In this document: piece by piece, positions 9,664 through 19,750 of the stretch | Position numbering within the stretch: position 1 is the stretch's first letter | How the letters are laid out: each line of letters begins with the position of its first letter | NCBI GenBank assembly: GCA_001792345.1 | Contig: MGGJ01000004.1 | Span: 74,090 to 138,089, forward strand | DNA: 64,000 bases | Source: Candidatus Woesebacteria bacterium RIFCSPHIGHO2_01_FULL_39_32 | GTDB lineage: Bacteria; Patescibacteriota; Microgenomatia; UBA8517 | Direction of reading: 5' to 3' | Notes under the pieces: generated by a model | What the model saw: only the letters and a program-made list of their open reading frames with translations | Databases searched by the model: none | Told to the model about the DNA's origin: nothing | Made by a program: the position numbers and the translations under genes

Positions 9664-10893
9664 ATGACTAAATCGACATTAAAAACAATTATTTTTATTA
9701 GTTTAATCTTATTTCTGTCGGTCTTTCCCCGTGTTTGGAATTTATCTGAAAAACCCCCCATTATTGTCGACGAACACGCAAATATCAGGATGTTAAAAGA
9801 AGTAATCGAGAAGGGCGAATTTGACATAACCAAATTTCACTGGGATTTCAGCAAGACGATTCTGTCTTATTACCCTACAATTTTTTTATTTCAAATTTTG
9901 GGACCCAGAAATCACTTACTGGCTTTAAGGCTTACTTCTGTAATCTTCAGCCTCCTAGCTTTGCTTCCCTTTTACCTCATTGTTAAAAAATTAACAGACG
10001 ATAAAATTGCTTTTATTACAACGCTTCTTTTTTCGTATAGCTACTTTTTCCTACAGTTTTCCCGTGTTGGTTGGGTGGATATTACTTCTGTGATAACTGT
10101 GGGGCTTTACCTTTTTCTTTTCCTAAACTTAGGTTTAAGATCTCTAACTAAAAGGTCAAATTTTTGGATCGCCACATCCGGAATAATTTCCGGATTAATA
10201 TTTTATGCATACCGATCAGGAATTATTTACATTACTTTATCACTTTTCTATTTAGCAACTTCGCTTTACTTAAAGAAAGTGGAGTTTAAAAGGGCACTAA
10301 AATACCTATTAATTTTTATTTCCACTTTCATTATCACCATTACCCCTTGGGTAATTAAAACCTCTCAAAATTTAGATAAATATAACCTGCGAGCTCGTGT
10401 TGTAGATATAAGAAATGTAAACATACCCTACCATGGACTAACTGATAAAAAGGACATATATAAGTATCAAATAACCACATCGGTTAAGTCTTGGTTACTT
10501 CTTGAAAGCATAGATGGAGGAGGATCGGAAAATCCCCGCTACCTTCCACTGAAAGTTCCGCCCCTAAATATCCTTGTGAGGGTGTCATTTTGGATTGGGA
10601 GCTTGATAATAATCTTAAATAAAAAACACTTTCAGAAAATGTATGTCTGGCTCCTTATAATTTTAGTGACTATATTATTAGGACAGGTTCTAACTGTTGA
10701 TCCTCCAAACGGCGCTCGCGCACTAATTGCTTTGCCTTCTTACTACATTATTTCTTCGATAACATTCTCGCAAGTCTATGTAAAAAGTCATAAAAATAAA
10801 TTTGTACTTGCAGCACTTATCTTTTTAGCCTTTTTCTTTTCTTTATACGACTTATATACTTATCAACTGTGGATGGAATGGATAAGGGTATAG
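9664..10893 (+). CDS. Polytopic membrane protein, GT-C/PMT_2-like glycosyltransferase candidate
   Basis: ATG 1 nt after preceding stop (ORF-track start 9574 overlaps upstream gene and is rejected); VDEH acidic motif in first loop as in ArnT/PMT enzymes; ~11 TM. Confidence 0.5.
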   Translation: MTKSTLKTIIFISLILFLSVFPRVWNLSEKPPIIVDEHANIRMLKEVIEKGEFDITKFHWDFSKTILSYYPTIFLFQILGPRNHLLALRLTSVIFSLLALLPFYLIVKKLTDDKIAFITTLLFSYSYFFLQFSRVGWVDITSVITVGLYLFLFLNLGLRSLTKRSNFWIATSGIISGLIFYAYRSGIIYITLSLFYLATSLYLKKVEFKRALKYLLIFISTFIITITPWVIKTSQNLDKYNLRARVVDIRNVNIPYHGLTDKKDIYKYQITTSVKSWLLLESIDGGGSENPRYLPLKVPPLNILVRVSFWIGSLIIILNKKHFQKMYVWLLIILVTILLGQVLTVDPPNGARALIALPSYYIISSITFSQVYVKSHKNKFVLAALIFLAFFFSLYDLYTYQLWMEWIRV

Positions 10894-10903
10894 TTTATTT
10901 TCA

Positions 10904-12922
10904 ATGCAACAGGATATTTTATACATAATTAACTGGTGGTTAACTATTTTCTTTGTGGGGTTAATCAACGTTCCGTTAACCTGGTTGATTTTCAAAAAAT
11001 TCATTGACCGGGGATATGGCTTTTCAAAAACATTAGGAGTTCTTTTTAGTAGTTTTATCGTCTTTTTACTATCCATATTCCATCTGTTTCCCTTTAGCAC
11101 TTTTATTATTTACTTCAGTCTTTTCCTGCTTCTTTGCTTCAATATCTACGTAATTTCTACTCATAGAGAAAGGTTTTTTAGAGATCTTTTGAAAAGTTGG
11201 CGGGTTATCATCTTCCAAGAAATTCTTTTTATGGGCGGATTAATTTTGTGGTCGTTAGTGCGGGGATATCAGCCTGGCATAAACGGCTTAGAGAAATTTA
11301 TGGATTTCGGCTTCATTAACTCTCTTTTACGCTCCGAGTACCTTCCTCCTACCGACATGTGGTTTGCCGGGGAATCCATAAATTATTACTGGTACGGCCA
11401 CTTTGTAACTGCATTTCTTACAAAGCTTTCCCAAATCCCATCCGGAATTACCTACAACCTCATGCTTGCAACAATACTGGGCTTAGGTTTAACTTCAGCC
11501 TTTTCTATCTCTTCCTCTTTAGTGCAAAGTCTGAGATTAAACTTAAATAAAAAGGTTGTATTAATGGCAGGTATCATTTCTGCAATACTTCTCATCTTTG
11601 CCGGAAACTTTCATACCCCTTACTTTGCTTTAAAAAATGGCAAAGATACCTATTGGTATCCTGATGCCACAAGATTTATTGGCTATAACCCCGACACAAA
11701 TGATAAGACTATCCATGAATTTCCCATGTATTCTTTTGTCGTATCCGACCTACACGCACATCTAATTAATTTTCCTTTCGTACTTTTATATATTGCGCTT
11801 CTTTTTCGAACATTATCGAAGAAGAAGAGACTTATAGCAGACTATGTATTAACAGGATTTGTATTGGGAGTAATGTTCATGACGAATGCCTGGGATTTTG
11901 CAAATTACTCTTTGGTTACTGGAATTGCAACTCTCCTTTTTGCTTTAAAACGAAGGGGGTTAAAATTAATCTCATTTTTTGAATCGGGAGTCTCAACGAT
12001 ATCCATTGTATTTATTGGTTTGGTAACGACTGTACCGTTTCTATTAAACTTTGATTCCATCGCGCAAGGAGTCAGTACTGTAAACGCCCACTCATCAGTC
12101 TGGCAACTAGCAATCCTCTGGGGATTTCCGGCAGTTCTCACAATAATTTTCGGATACGGGATATACCGAATTTGGCCGAAAATGAAACGGGCAGATATTT
12201 TTGTTTTAGCTCTCCTTGTTTCTTCATTGTTCTTAATAATTTTGCCGGAAGTTATTTACGTAAAAGACATTTATATCGGAAGTCACCACAGAGCAAATAC
12301 TATGTTTAAACTTACTTACCAGGCATTTGTAATGAGCTACCTATCTTCGGGGTATATTGTCGTTAGGAGTCTATCAATTATTAAGCGGGTATATTTTAAA
12401 CTTTTACTTGGAGGTTTTTTCGCAATAGTTTTCGCCTCTATTCTTTGGTACCCATCTTTCGCAATTAAATCCTATTACGGGAATTTGAAAGAATATAAAG
12501 GGCTATCAGGAGAAACTTGGTTTAGTGATTCTTATCCGGAACTTTACTCTCTCACTCTTTGGATCCGGGAAAATATTAATGGACAACCCGTAATCTTGGA
12601 GGCACCAGGCGATTCCTATACCGAATATAATGTAGTTTCTTCCTATACCGGATTGCCTACGGTTTCAGGATGGTTTGTCCACGAGTGGTTATGGCGTGGA
12701 ACCGCAGATATTCCACAAGCAAGAGTTTCCGAAATTACAGAGATTTATACTAGTGAGGATAGCAACTACACCCAATCGCTTTTAAACAAATATAGAGTGG
12801 AATATGTAATTATCGGAGATTTTGAAAGGGAAAAGTTCCCAAATCTTTACGAACAAAAGTTTAACCAACTAGGAAAGGTTGTTTATTCAAGCGGAAATAC
12901 ACGGTTGTACAGGCTAAATTAA
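10904..12922 (+). CDS. DUF2298 / Chlor_Arch_YYY-family large membrane protein (putative GT-C glycosyltransferase)
   Basis: 672 aa; motif PPTDMWFAGESINYYWYGHF matches the conserved 'YYY' block of DUF2298/TIGR03662; many TM helices plus C-terminal soluble domain. Confidence 0.6.
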   Translation: MQQDILYIINWWLTIFFVGLINVPLTWLIFKKFIDRGYGFSKTLGVLFSSFIVFLLSIFHLFPFSTFIIYFSLFLLLCFNIYVISTHRERFFRDLLKSWRVIIFQEILFMGGLILWSLVRGYQPGINGLEKFMDFGFINSLLRSEYLPPTDMWFAGESINYYWYGHFVTAFLTKLSQIPSGITYNLMLATILGLGLTSAFSISSSLVQSLRLNLNKKVVLMAGIISAILLIFAGNFHTPYFALKNGKDTYWYPDATRFIGYNPDTNDKTIHEFPMYSFVVSDLHAHLINFPFVLLYIALLFRTLSKKKRLIADYVLTGFVLGVMFMTNAWDFANYSLVTGIATLLFALKRRGLKLISFFESGVSTISIVFIGLVTTVPFLLNFDSIAQGVSTVNAHSSVWQLAILWGFPAVLTIIFGYGIYRIWPKMKRADIFVLALLVSSLFLIILPEVIYVKDIYIGSHHRANTMFKLTYQAFVMSYLSSGYIVVRSLSIIKRVYFKLLLGGFFAIVFASILWYPSFAIKSYYGNLKEYKGLSGETWFSDSYPELYSLTLWIRENINGQPVILEAPGDSYTEYNVVSSYTGLPTVSGWFVHEWLWRGTADIPQARVSEITEIYTSEDSNYTQSLLNKYRVEYVIIGDFEREKFPNLYEQKFNQLGKVVYSSGNTRLYRLN

Positions 12923-14035
12923 AATGTTTTTGACCCATTCGTGAATTTCACTCCAATCTTCATTTTTGGGAATAAAAACATATAAGTTGTCGTATATGGG
13001 TGAATAGACAGGTCGCTCCAAGAAGTCTTCCGGTAAAACATAAGACTGTATGGAGTCACGGGCCGAAAGCGAACGGCGCGCCAATATTGCACCAGCGCCC
13101 GAACCTATATCAGTTTCTATAGCATCCTCAACAGCTTTCTTTAATTCTAACAATTTTCGGGGAGAAAAAATAATCTCGCGACTAAGTGCCTTATTTTTAA
13201 TTGCCGAAAGAATTCTTTGTTGTCTTTCTGCTCGAGCAAAGTCCGTCCCTTCATCTCCCTCAGCATTGCGGGATCGAACAAACTTTAAAGCAGTTTCCCC
13301 GTCCATGTGCTGAGTTCCTTTCTCAAACGCGATAGTTTCATAACGACATTTATACCCTGGGTCACCGTCACATAAATCATTTTCCCGGCCGGCAATGGGA
13401 TATTTCTCATCTACAAAACTCCTCTCGACTTCGACCTCTATTCCACTCAAAACATCAATAATCTTTTTAAATCCTGAAAAATCAACCAGAAGTGCATAAT
13501 GTACTGGTTGACCCACTATCTCTTCAACACTAGCTTTAGCTAAAACAATACCGCCATCGCTCTGTTTTTTGTTCCCCCAATAATAAACACTATTTAACTT
13601 TGTACGAAGGTCCGTTATCCAAATATCCCGCGGAAGGGAGATTAGATCAATAGAGGGTTTTTTGTGGTTTATCGAAGCAAATATAATAGTGTCTGTTAAG
13701 TCAGGTGCTTCATGACCTTCTCCTCCCTTACCTAAAATTAGTATATTGGTTCGTCCCTCCTGCGAAGTAATTTTTCCCTCAGGGGTAAATATGAAATCTC
13801 TTGTCAAGGCAAAATAGTAACCAACATTAGTTCTGCCTATATATCTCGCCGAAGAGAGAATAACCAAATATAATATTAAAATTACTCCCGCTAAAAAAAA
13901 CGATCTCAAAACCCAAGTATGTTTGAGAACTCTACGTTTCAGTCGATTAAAAAACAGTTTTTTCTTGTCCAATTTCATTTGTGAGATATCGGCCTCGAGC
14001 TTAATTGGATTTAAAGGTTTGCCTTCTTTTTGCAT
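12914..14035 (-). CDS. LytR-CpsA-Psr (LCP) family cell-wall glycopolymer phosphotransferase
   Basis: 373 aa; N-terminal TM, ILILGKGG...DTIIFASIN...ISLPRD core typical of LCP domain; 3' end overlaps DUF2298 gene by 9 nt (convergent). Confidence 0.85.
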   Translation of the reverse strand: MQKEGKPLNPIKLEADISQMKLDKKKLFFNRLKRRVLKHTWVLRSFFLAGVILILYLVILSSARYIGRTNVGYYFALTRDFIFTPEGKITSQEGRTNILILGKGGEGHEAPDLTDTIIFASINHKKPSIDLISLPRDIWITDLRTKLNSVYYWGNKKQSDGGIVLAKASVEEIVGQPVHYALLVDFSGFKKIIDVLSGIEVEVERSFVDEKYPIAGRENDLCDGDPGYKCRYETIAFEKGTQHMDGETALKFVRSRNAEGDEGTDFARAERQQRILSAIKNKALSREIIFSPRKLLELKKAVEDAIETDIGSGAGAILARRSLSARDSIQSYVLPEDFLERPVYSPIYDNLYVFIPKNEDWSEIHEWVKNILI

Positions 14036-14131
14036 GGTAGAATGATATACCGCTTGAGTTTAAAATCAAGTGTGCCCGAAGAAAAATTCTCTAAGAAGCG
14101 GGCAAGCTAAAACTTAATATATATTGTATAA

Positions 14132-16030
14132 ATGAAAAACTCAAACGAACTTCTCTTGGGACTTAATCCGCATCAGAAAGAAGCAGTAACATACGAAGGT
14201 GGATCACTTCTGGTTCTGGCGGGAGCAGGAAGCGGAAAAACCCGAGTTCTGACACATAGAGTTGCATGGTTCATTGGACACAAAAAAGCTTACCCCGAAA
14301 ATGTGCTCTTGCTTACTTTTACTAATAAGGCGGCGGGAGAAATGAAAGAAAGGGTACTTAGATTAACAAAGCAAGCCCCAGCATTTGCTGGTACTTTTCA
14401 CTCATTTTGTGTAAGGGTTTTGAGGAAAAGCGGACAAGCAATTGATATTGCTCCGAACTTTCTGATTTATGATGATGACGATTCGAAAGAGGCAATTAAA
14501 GAAATTCTAAGCGAGCTAAACCTCTCAACAGATAAATATAATCCCAATGCGATTGCCTCACAAATTTCAGAAGCAAAAAATCAGATGCTCACTCCTACTT
14601 TATATTCAGAATTTGTTAATGGAGAATGGCAGGAAAAAATTTTTAAAATTTGGACCGAATACGAAAAGTTGATGAAAAAGACTGGTGCGCTTGATTTTGA
14701 CGATTTACTCCTGAAAACCGTTCAACTTTTTGATCAAAGTCCCCAAACCCTAGATCGCTGGCAAAACATGTTGACTTACATTTTCGTTGACGAATGGCAG
14801 GATACGAATAAGGTCCAATATAAAATGACTAAACAACTTGTGGGTAATAGCGAAAACCTGACTGCAGTTGGCGACGCTGCACAGTCTATATATTCATGGC
14901 GTGGAGCAGATTATCGAAACATAAACTATTTGATGAAGGACTTTCCTAAGATTAAGGTGGTTAATCTCGAACAAAATTACCGCTCTACTCAAGTGATTCT
15001 TGATGCAGCAAACTCAGTAATAAAAAGAAACACAAGTCATCCGATTTTAAATCTTTGGACGAATAAAAATGGTGGTAAAAAAATAAAAATTTATAGAGCG
15101 AGAAGTGAACTGGAAGAAGCTTCTTTTATAATTAACGAAGTTGATAAACTAATAACTGAAGGGTTTGAGTTTAGAGACGTCGCGGTTTTATATCGAACAA
15201 ACGCCCAGTCTCGTGTTTTGGAAGAAGCTTTTTTACACGCAGGAATTCCATACACATTAGTTGGTGGAGTAAGGTTTTATTCCCGTAAAGAAATAAAGGA
15301 TGTTCTTTCTTACTTAAGACTTTCGGTTAATTCAAAAGATATCGTATCCAGAAAAAGAATTGAAAAGCTGGGTAAAAGGCAATACGAAAAGTTCAAAGAG
15401 TTTTCAAAAGAATTAAATCCTAATTTAGAAAACATAACCACTCTAGATTTAATGGACACAGTGTTACAAAAGGTAGATTATTTATCAAAGTATCAACGGG
15501 AAACGGAAGAAAATATAGTAAGACTCGAAAACATAAAAGAACTCCGTTCTGTCGCAACAGAATTTCCTAATATTAATGACTTCTTGGAAAACGTCGCCTT
15601 GATTGAGGCCGAACAGGATGAGTCAGGAAAAATCCAAGCTACCAGCTACAAGCTACCAGCTACTAATAACAAAGTTACGCTCATGACTCTGCATGCCGCC
15701 AAGGGTCTTGAATTTCCAATCATTTTTATCGTCGGCATGGAAGAAGGACTTTTCCCCCACTCAAGAAGTCTATTTGACATGAAAGAATTAGAAGAAGAAA
15801 GAAGGCTCGCTTATGTCGGCATAACAAGAGCAAAAGATATTCTATATTTAACTTATGCCAACCGCCGCCTATTCTTCGGCCAACGGACTAGTAACCCACC
15901 GTCACGGTTCATTATCGACATTCCGGAAGATTTATTGGAAGGAGTAGAAAATAGTTATTTAGATATTGAGGTTAAAGAAAAGTTTGACTCTAACTTTGAC
16001 GACGACATCGACGACACTATCAACTTCTAA
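14132..16030 (+). CDS. pcrA: ATP-dependent DNA helicase PcrA/UvrD family
   Basis: 632 aa; Walker A AGAGSGKT, helicase motifs (VDEWQD, TLHAAKGLEFP, VGITRAK). Confidence 0.9.
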   Translation: MKNSNELLLGLNPHQKEAVTYEGGSLLVLAGAGSGKTRVLTHRVAWFIGHKKAYPENVLLLTFTNKAAGEMKERVLRLTKQAPAFAGTFHSFCVRVLRKSGQAIDIAPNFLIYDDDDSKEAIKEILSELNLSTDKYNPNAIASQISEAKNQMLTPTLYSEFVNGEWQEKIFKIWTEYEKLMKKTGALDFDDLLLKTVQLFDQSPQTLDRWQNMLTYIFVDEWQDTNKVQYKMTKQLVGNSENLTAVGDAAQSIYSWRGADYRNINYLMKDFPKIKVVNLEQNYRSTQVILDAANSVIKRNTSHPILNLWTNKNGGKKIKIYRARSELEEASFIINEVDKLITEGFEFRDVAVLYRTNAQSRVLEEAFLHAGIPYTLVGGVRFYSRKEIKDVLSYLRLSVNSKDIVSRKRIEKLGKRQYEKFKEFSKELNPNLENITTLDLMDTVLQKVDYLSKYQRETEENIVRLENIKELRSVATEFPNINDFLENVALIEAEQDESGKIQATSYKLPATNNKVTLMTLHAAKGLEFPIIFIVGMEEGLFPHSRSLFDMKELEEERRLAYVGITRAKDILYLTYANRRLFFGQRTSNPPSRFIIDIPEDLLEGVENSYLDIEVKEKFDSNFDDDIDDTINF

Positions 16031-17139
16031 TGGAAATAAAAGAGGTTACGGAAAAAGATAAAGCGGCTTTTAATAAAGTTGCTATTCATCCCTTGCAATC
16101 TTGGGAGTGGGGGGAATTTAGGGAAAGAGCGGGAAATAAAGTTGTAAGGCTTGCAAGGTTCCGAACCTTGCAAAACAAAAGACAAGAATTAACCGATTCC
16201 ATTCAAGTCGTATTTAGTAGAATACCCAAAACAAATTACAAAATTGGGACAGTAATTAAAGGGCCAAAACCAACAAAAGAAATTCTTGATGCACTTAAGG
16301 ATTTGGCAAAAGAGGAAAACGCGATTTTCATAAAACTCGAACCCAACATTCCAGTTTCTATTAACCATCAACCGTTATCCATTAACCATCATTCTATATC
16401 CTCAACGCATGATCTGCAAGTCAATAAATTAATTAACCTTCTAAAATCAAGCGGCTCCGTTAAAGGAAAAACTTTATTCACCCCCACAACATTTTGGATT
16501 GACTTAACCCCGTCGGAAGAGGAACTTATGAAAAGTTTTAATTCAAAAACTCGCTACAATATTCGCCTAGCCCAAAAACACGGGGTTGAAGTATTCGAAG
16601 ACAATTCGGATAAAGCATTTGAAAGATATATTGAATTAACTCGAGAAACGGTTGAAAGACAAGGCTTTTATTCCCACACCGAAAAATACCACATGCTGAT
16701 GTGGGAATATCTTCATAAAATCCCACGACAAAGTCGGGTCAAGTTTTCAAAATCCCAAATCCCAATAGCAAGATTATTAACGGCAAAATATAAAAAAGAA
16801 ATTATTACAACATGGATCGTTTTCGTCTGGCACAATTTTCTTTATTATCCCTACGGTGCCTCATCTGACAAATATAAAAACGTCATGGCGAATAATTTAA
16901 TGATGTGGGAAGCGATTCGATACGGTAAATCACTCGGTCTAAAAACTTTTGATCTTTGGGGAAGGGAAGAAGGGAAAGGATTTACAAAGTTTAAAGAGGG
17001 TTATAATCCGCAAGTTGTCGAATTTCTCGGTACCTGGGATCTGGTGACATCTCCCCTTTACAGTCCATACAGATCTGCTGAATTCCTCCGCTGGCAAACC
17101 CTGAGGACCAAAAGCAAATTTATAAAACCAAAGTTTTAA
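16030..17139 (+). CDS. FemAB-family peptidoglycan branch aminoacyltransferase (FemX/MurM-like)
   Basis: 369 aa; QSWEWGEF and KTRYNIRLAQK motifs of Pfam FemAB; TAATG overlap with pcrA stop. Confidence 0.75.
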   Translation: MEIKEVTEKDKAAFNKVAIHPLQSWEWGEFRERAGNKVVRLARFRTLQNKRQELTDSIQVVFSRIPKTNYKIGTVIKGPKPTKEILDALKDLAKEENAIFIKLEPNIPVSINHQPLSINHHSISSTHDLQVNKLINLLKSSGSVKGKTLFTPTTFWIDLTPSEEELMKSFNSKTRYNIRLAQKHGVEVFEDNSDKAFERYIELTRETVERQGFYSHTEKYHMLMWEYLHKIPRQSRVKFSKSQIPIARLLTAKYKKEIITTWIVFVWHNFLYYPYGASSDKYKNVMANNLMMWEAIRYGKSLGLKTFDLWGREEGKGFTKFKEGYNPQVVEFLGTWDLVTSPLYSPYRSAEFLRWQTLRTKSKFIKPKF

Positions 17140-17981
17140 TGACTGATCTTCGCCAAACTCCTGAGTACGCAAAATATATGTCTGTTATCGGTTGGATAGT
17201 CGATAGAAAAAATGGAGTTAATTATTTTATTAGAAAATTCCCAATAATAGGTTCATTCGTCAAAATCCAGAGACCTGAAAAAATTGACTTTGGTCAGATA
17301 AACAAAATCGCAAAAAAATACCGTGCGTTCCAAATCATTATTGAACCTGTTTTAGGTTCCGGTATCGGGTCCGAGGTTCCCAAGTCAATTATAAGGCAAA
17401 GTTTCAAACAAAGTAAATCTCCCTTCGTACCAGCTAAGACAATTCACATCGATCTGACCAAATCAGAAAGTCAGCTTCTCGAGAAAATGCATTATAAAAC
17501 TCGCTACAACATCAAAATCGCTAGCAAAAAGGGAGTAAAAATAAAACTTTCAAAGGATATTCAAAACTTCGCTAATTTTTGGCAAGAGTGTGCAAAAAAA
17601 CAAAGAGGAATGTTTATATCGCAAAAAAGAGAAATTATTGAGCTTTACAAAGCATTTGGTAAAAAAGCGCATCTTATTCTGTGTTATCTTGGTGAAGAAT
17701 TGGTCTCGGGAATTTTATTAATTAGAACAAAAGATATTGCCTACTATATGTATGCTGCATCATCGGACTTAGGTAAGAAATTTTTCGCACCGACACTAAA
17801 TGCATGGGTGTCAATACGACTTGCCAAAAAACTTAGGTGTAAGATTTTTGACTTTGAAGGAGCATACGACGAGCGTTTCCCGTTAAAATCCTGGAAAGGC
17901 TTTACCCGTTTCAAAAAATCTTTCGGCGGCAAAGAGGTCGAATATCCAGGAGCATTTGTTAGGTATAGAATTCCGATCTAA
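17139..17981 (+). CDS. FemAB-family aminoacyltransferase, second shorter paralog
   Basis: 280 aa; KTRYNIKIASKKGV motif; TAATG overlap with upstream fem gene. Confidence 0.7.
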   Translation: MTDLRQTPEYAKYMSVIGWIVDRKNGVNYFIRKFPIIGSFVKIQRPEKIDFGQINKIAKKYRAFQIIIEPVLGSGIGSEVPKSIIRQSFKQSKSPFVPAKTIHIDLTKSESQLLEKMHYKTRYNIKIASKKGVKIKLSKDIQNFANFWQECAKKQRGMFISQKREIIELYKAFGKKAHLILCYLGEELVSGILLIRTKDIAYYMYAASSDLGKKFFAPTLNAWVSIRLAKKLRCKIFDFEGAYDERFPLKSWKGFTRFKKSFGGKEVEYPGAFVRYRIPI

Positions 17982-18004
17982 AATAAATTAAAGGTTCTAT
18001 TTGT

Positions 18005-18439
18005 ATGACTAGTATTAATAAATATTCAAGATTAATTGAACCTTCAATAATAGCGATTGTTCTTTTGTTGAGTTGGTATAAATTCAGTTTTTATCCAAAA
18101 CCTTGGCAAGGAGGAAGGGATACATTTATTTTTGATGTATTAACAAAGTATTATCCTGCTTTTTTATTTCTCGTACTTACCTTCGGATTAAATTTCCTAA
18201 GAAATAATAACTTGGCGTTAAAGAATAAAAAAATACAATTTATAGTAGGTTTTATGCTTTTAGTTTTAATTCCGTCAATTCTTGTAATTAATTACGAAGG
18301 TAAGTTTGGAAACGAAAGTTGTCTCGATATCTGCATCAATTTTTCACCCCCTATTGAGGTATTAATAGTCTCCATATTCAACCTCATTCCATTCTCAATA
18401 TTTTTCTTTATTGTTAACTTCTGGCTAAAGAAGAAATAA
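18005..18439 (+). CDS. Hypothetical 4-TM membrane protein
   Basis: 144 aa hydrophobic ORF with good coding periodicity; no recognisable motif. Confidence 0.4.
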   Translation: MTSINKYSRLIEPSIIAIVLLLSWYKFSFYPKPWQGGRDTFIFDVLTKYYPAFLFLVLTFGLNFLRNNNLALKNKKIQFIVGFMLLVLIPSILVINYEGKFGNESCLDICINFSPPIEVLIVSIFNLIPFSIFFFIVNFWLKKK

Positions 18440-18441
18440 AA

Positions 18442-18780
18442 ATGTGGAAAGCAATTTCACTTAAACAACCTTGGGCGGATTTGGTCTGCGAGGGGAAAAA
18501 GACTGTTGAGACAAGAAAGTGGAAAACTAATTATCGAGGTAACCTCATAATTTGTTCTTCGAAAAAACCAAATATTTATCCTAATGGATACGCCCTTTGT
18601 ATGGTCGAACTTTATGATATTAAGCCAATGAAAATGATAGATGAGAAAGATGCTTGTATTAAACTTTATCCTGGTGCATACAGTTGGTTTTTGAGAAACC
18701 TTCGTAAAATAGATCCACCCATTCCAATCAAAGAAAGTCTTGGAATTTTCGAATTGGAAATTCCCATTTTATTAGGATAA
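18442..18780 (+). CDS. ASCH-domain (PUA-like) protein
   Basis: 112 aa; LKQPWADLVCEGKKTVETRKW..YRG.LIIC matches ASCH domain consensus. Confidence 0.6.
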   Translation: MWKAISLKQPWADLVCEGKKTVETRKWKTNYRGNLIICSSKKPNIYPNGYALCMVELYDIKPMKMIDEKDACIKLYPGAYSWFLRNLRKIDPPIPIKESLGIFELEIPILLG

Positions 18781-18792
18781 TATTTATACACG

Positions 18793-19290
18793 ATGAAAAA
18801 TTTTGTAATTCTTTTGATTGTATTACTCATAGGAGTTACTGTTGTCGGAGGTTTTTATTTTCTCGGAAAAGGAACAAAAAAGGGCTCCGTTGTCCCCCTA
18901 AACGAAGTAACTCCTACACCAAATATTCAAAAGGGAACAATTGAAGGATCTCTAAGTTTTCCAAGCGAACAAATTCCTGCTGACATGTTAGTCTGTGCTG
19001 AAACATTAGAAGAATCTTTGGTAGCATGCACGGAAAAACATATTAAGGATTCAAAATACACATATAGAGAGGGATTTCAACTTGAGGTTCCGATAGGTGA
19101 GTATTACGTATACGCGATGGTCCCAAACTTCGGAAATGGTTACAAAGCTTATTACAGCGAGTTTGTAACCTGTGGACTCTCCGTAGACTGCGCTTCACAC
19201 GAGCCGATTATTGTCGAAGTTAAATCTGGGCAAACAACAGATGGGGTAAACCCACAAGATTGGTACAACCAACCTACCCCAACCCCTTAA
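18793..19290 (+). CDS. Secreted hypothetical protein with N-terminal signal anchor
   Basis: 165 aa; N-terminal hydrophobic helix then Cys-containing soluble domain; unknown family. Confidence 0.45.
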   Translation: MKNFVILLIVLLIGVTVVGGFYFLGKGTKKGSVVPLNEVTPTPNIQKGTIEGSLSFPSEQIPADMLVCAETLEESLVACTEKHIKDSKYTYREGFQLEVPIGEYYVYAMVPNFGNGYKAYYSEFVTCGLSVDCASHEPIIVEVKSGQTTDGVNPQDWYNQPTPTP

Positions 19291-19750
19291 TTAACCTTTT
19301 AATCCTTTCCCTGTTTTCTTCAATCAATTCCTTCTGTTCAGGCCAAAACATGGGAGGTAAGTTGTCGATATCAAACCATTTAAGAATATAGTTTTCATCT
19401 TCTTGTAAATTTTGAGTACCATCTGCTTGTTCTGTAAGAAACAGAAAATAATGAGTTGTTCTCCACTCGTTCTTCTCAAAAGTTAACCTTTCTTTAGCTC
19501 CTAGTTCTGCAACTAAAGTAAGGTCATTAAGTCCAGTCTCTTCGGCTATTTCTCTTTTTGCAGCATCTTCGAAACCTTCTCCCTTTTCCAGTCTCCCTTT
19601 GGGAAGCAGATAATCATCAAATTTAGGATCTCTTATTAAAGCGATTAGTAATTTATTTCCTTCTATGCGAATAATAACTCCTCCTGCGGAAATGTCAGAA
19701 GGAAAACTTTTATCTTTCGGCTTTATATACCAACTTTTATCAATTTTCAT
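19274..19750 (-). CDS. NUDIX hydrolase
   Basis: 158 aa; Nudix box GRLEKGEGFEDAAKREIAEETGL (GX5EX7REUXEEXGU). Confidence 0.8.
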   Translation of the reverse strand: MKIDKSWYIKPKDKSFPSDISAGGVIIRIEGNKLLIALIRDPKFDDYLLPKGRLEKGEGFEDAAKREIAEETGLNDLTLVAELGAKERLTFEKNEWRTTHYFLFLTEQADGTQNLQEDENYILKWFDIDNLPPMFWPEQKELIEENRERIKRLIKGLG

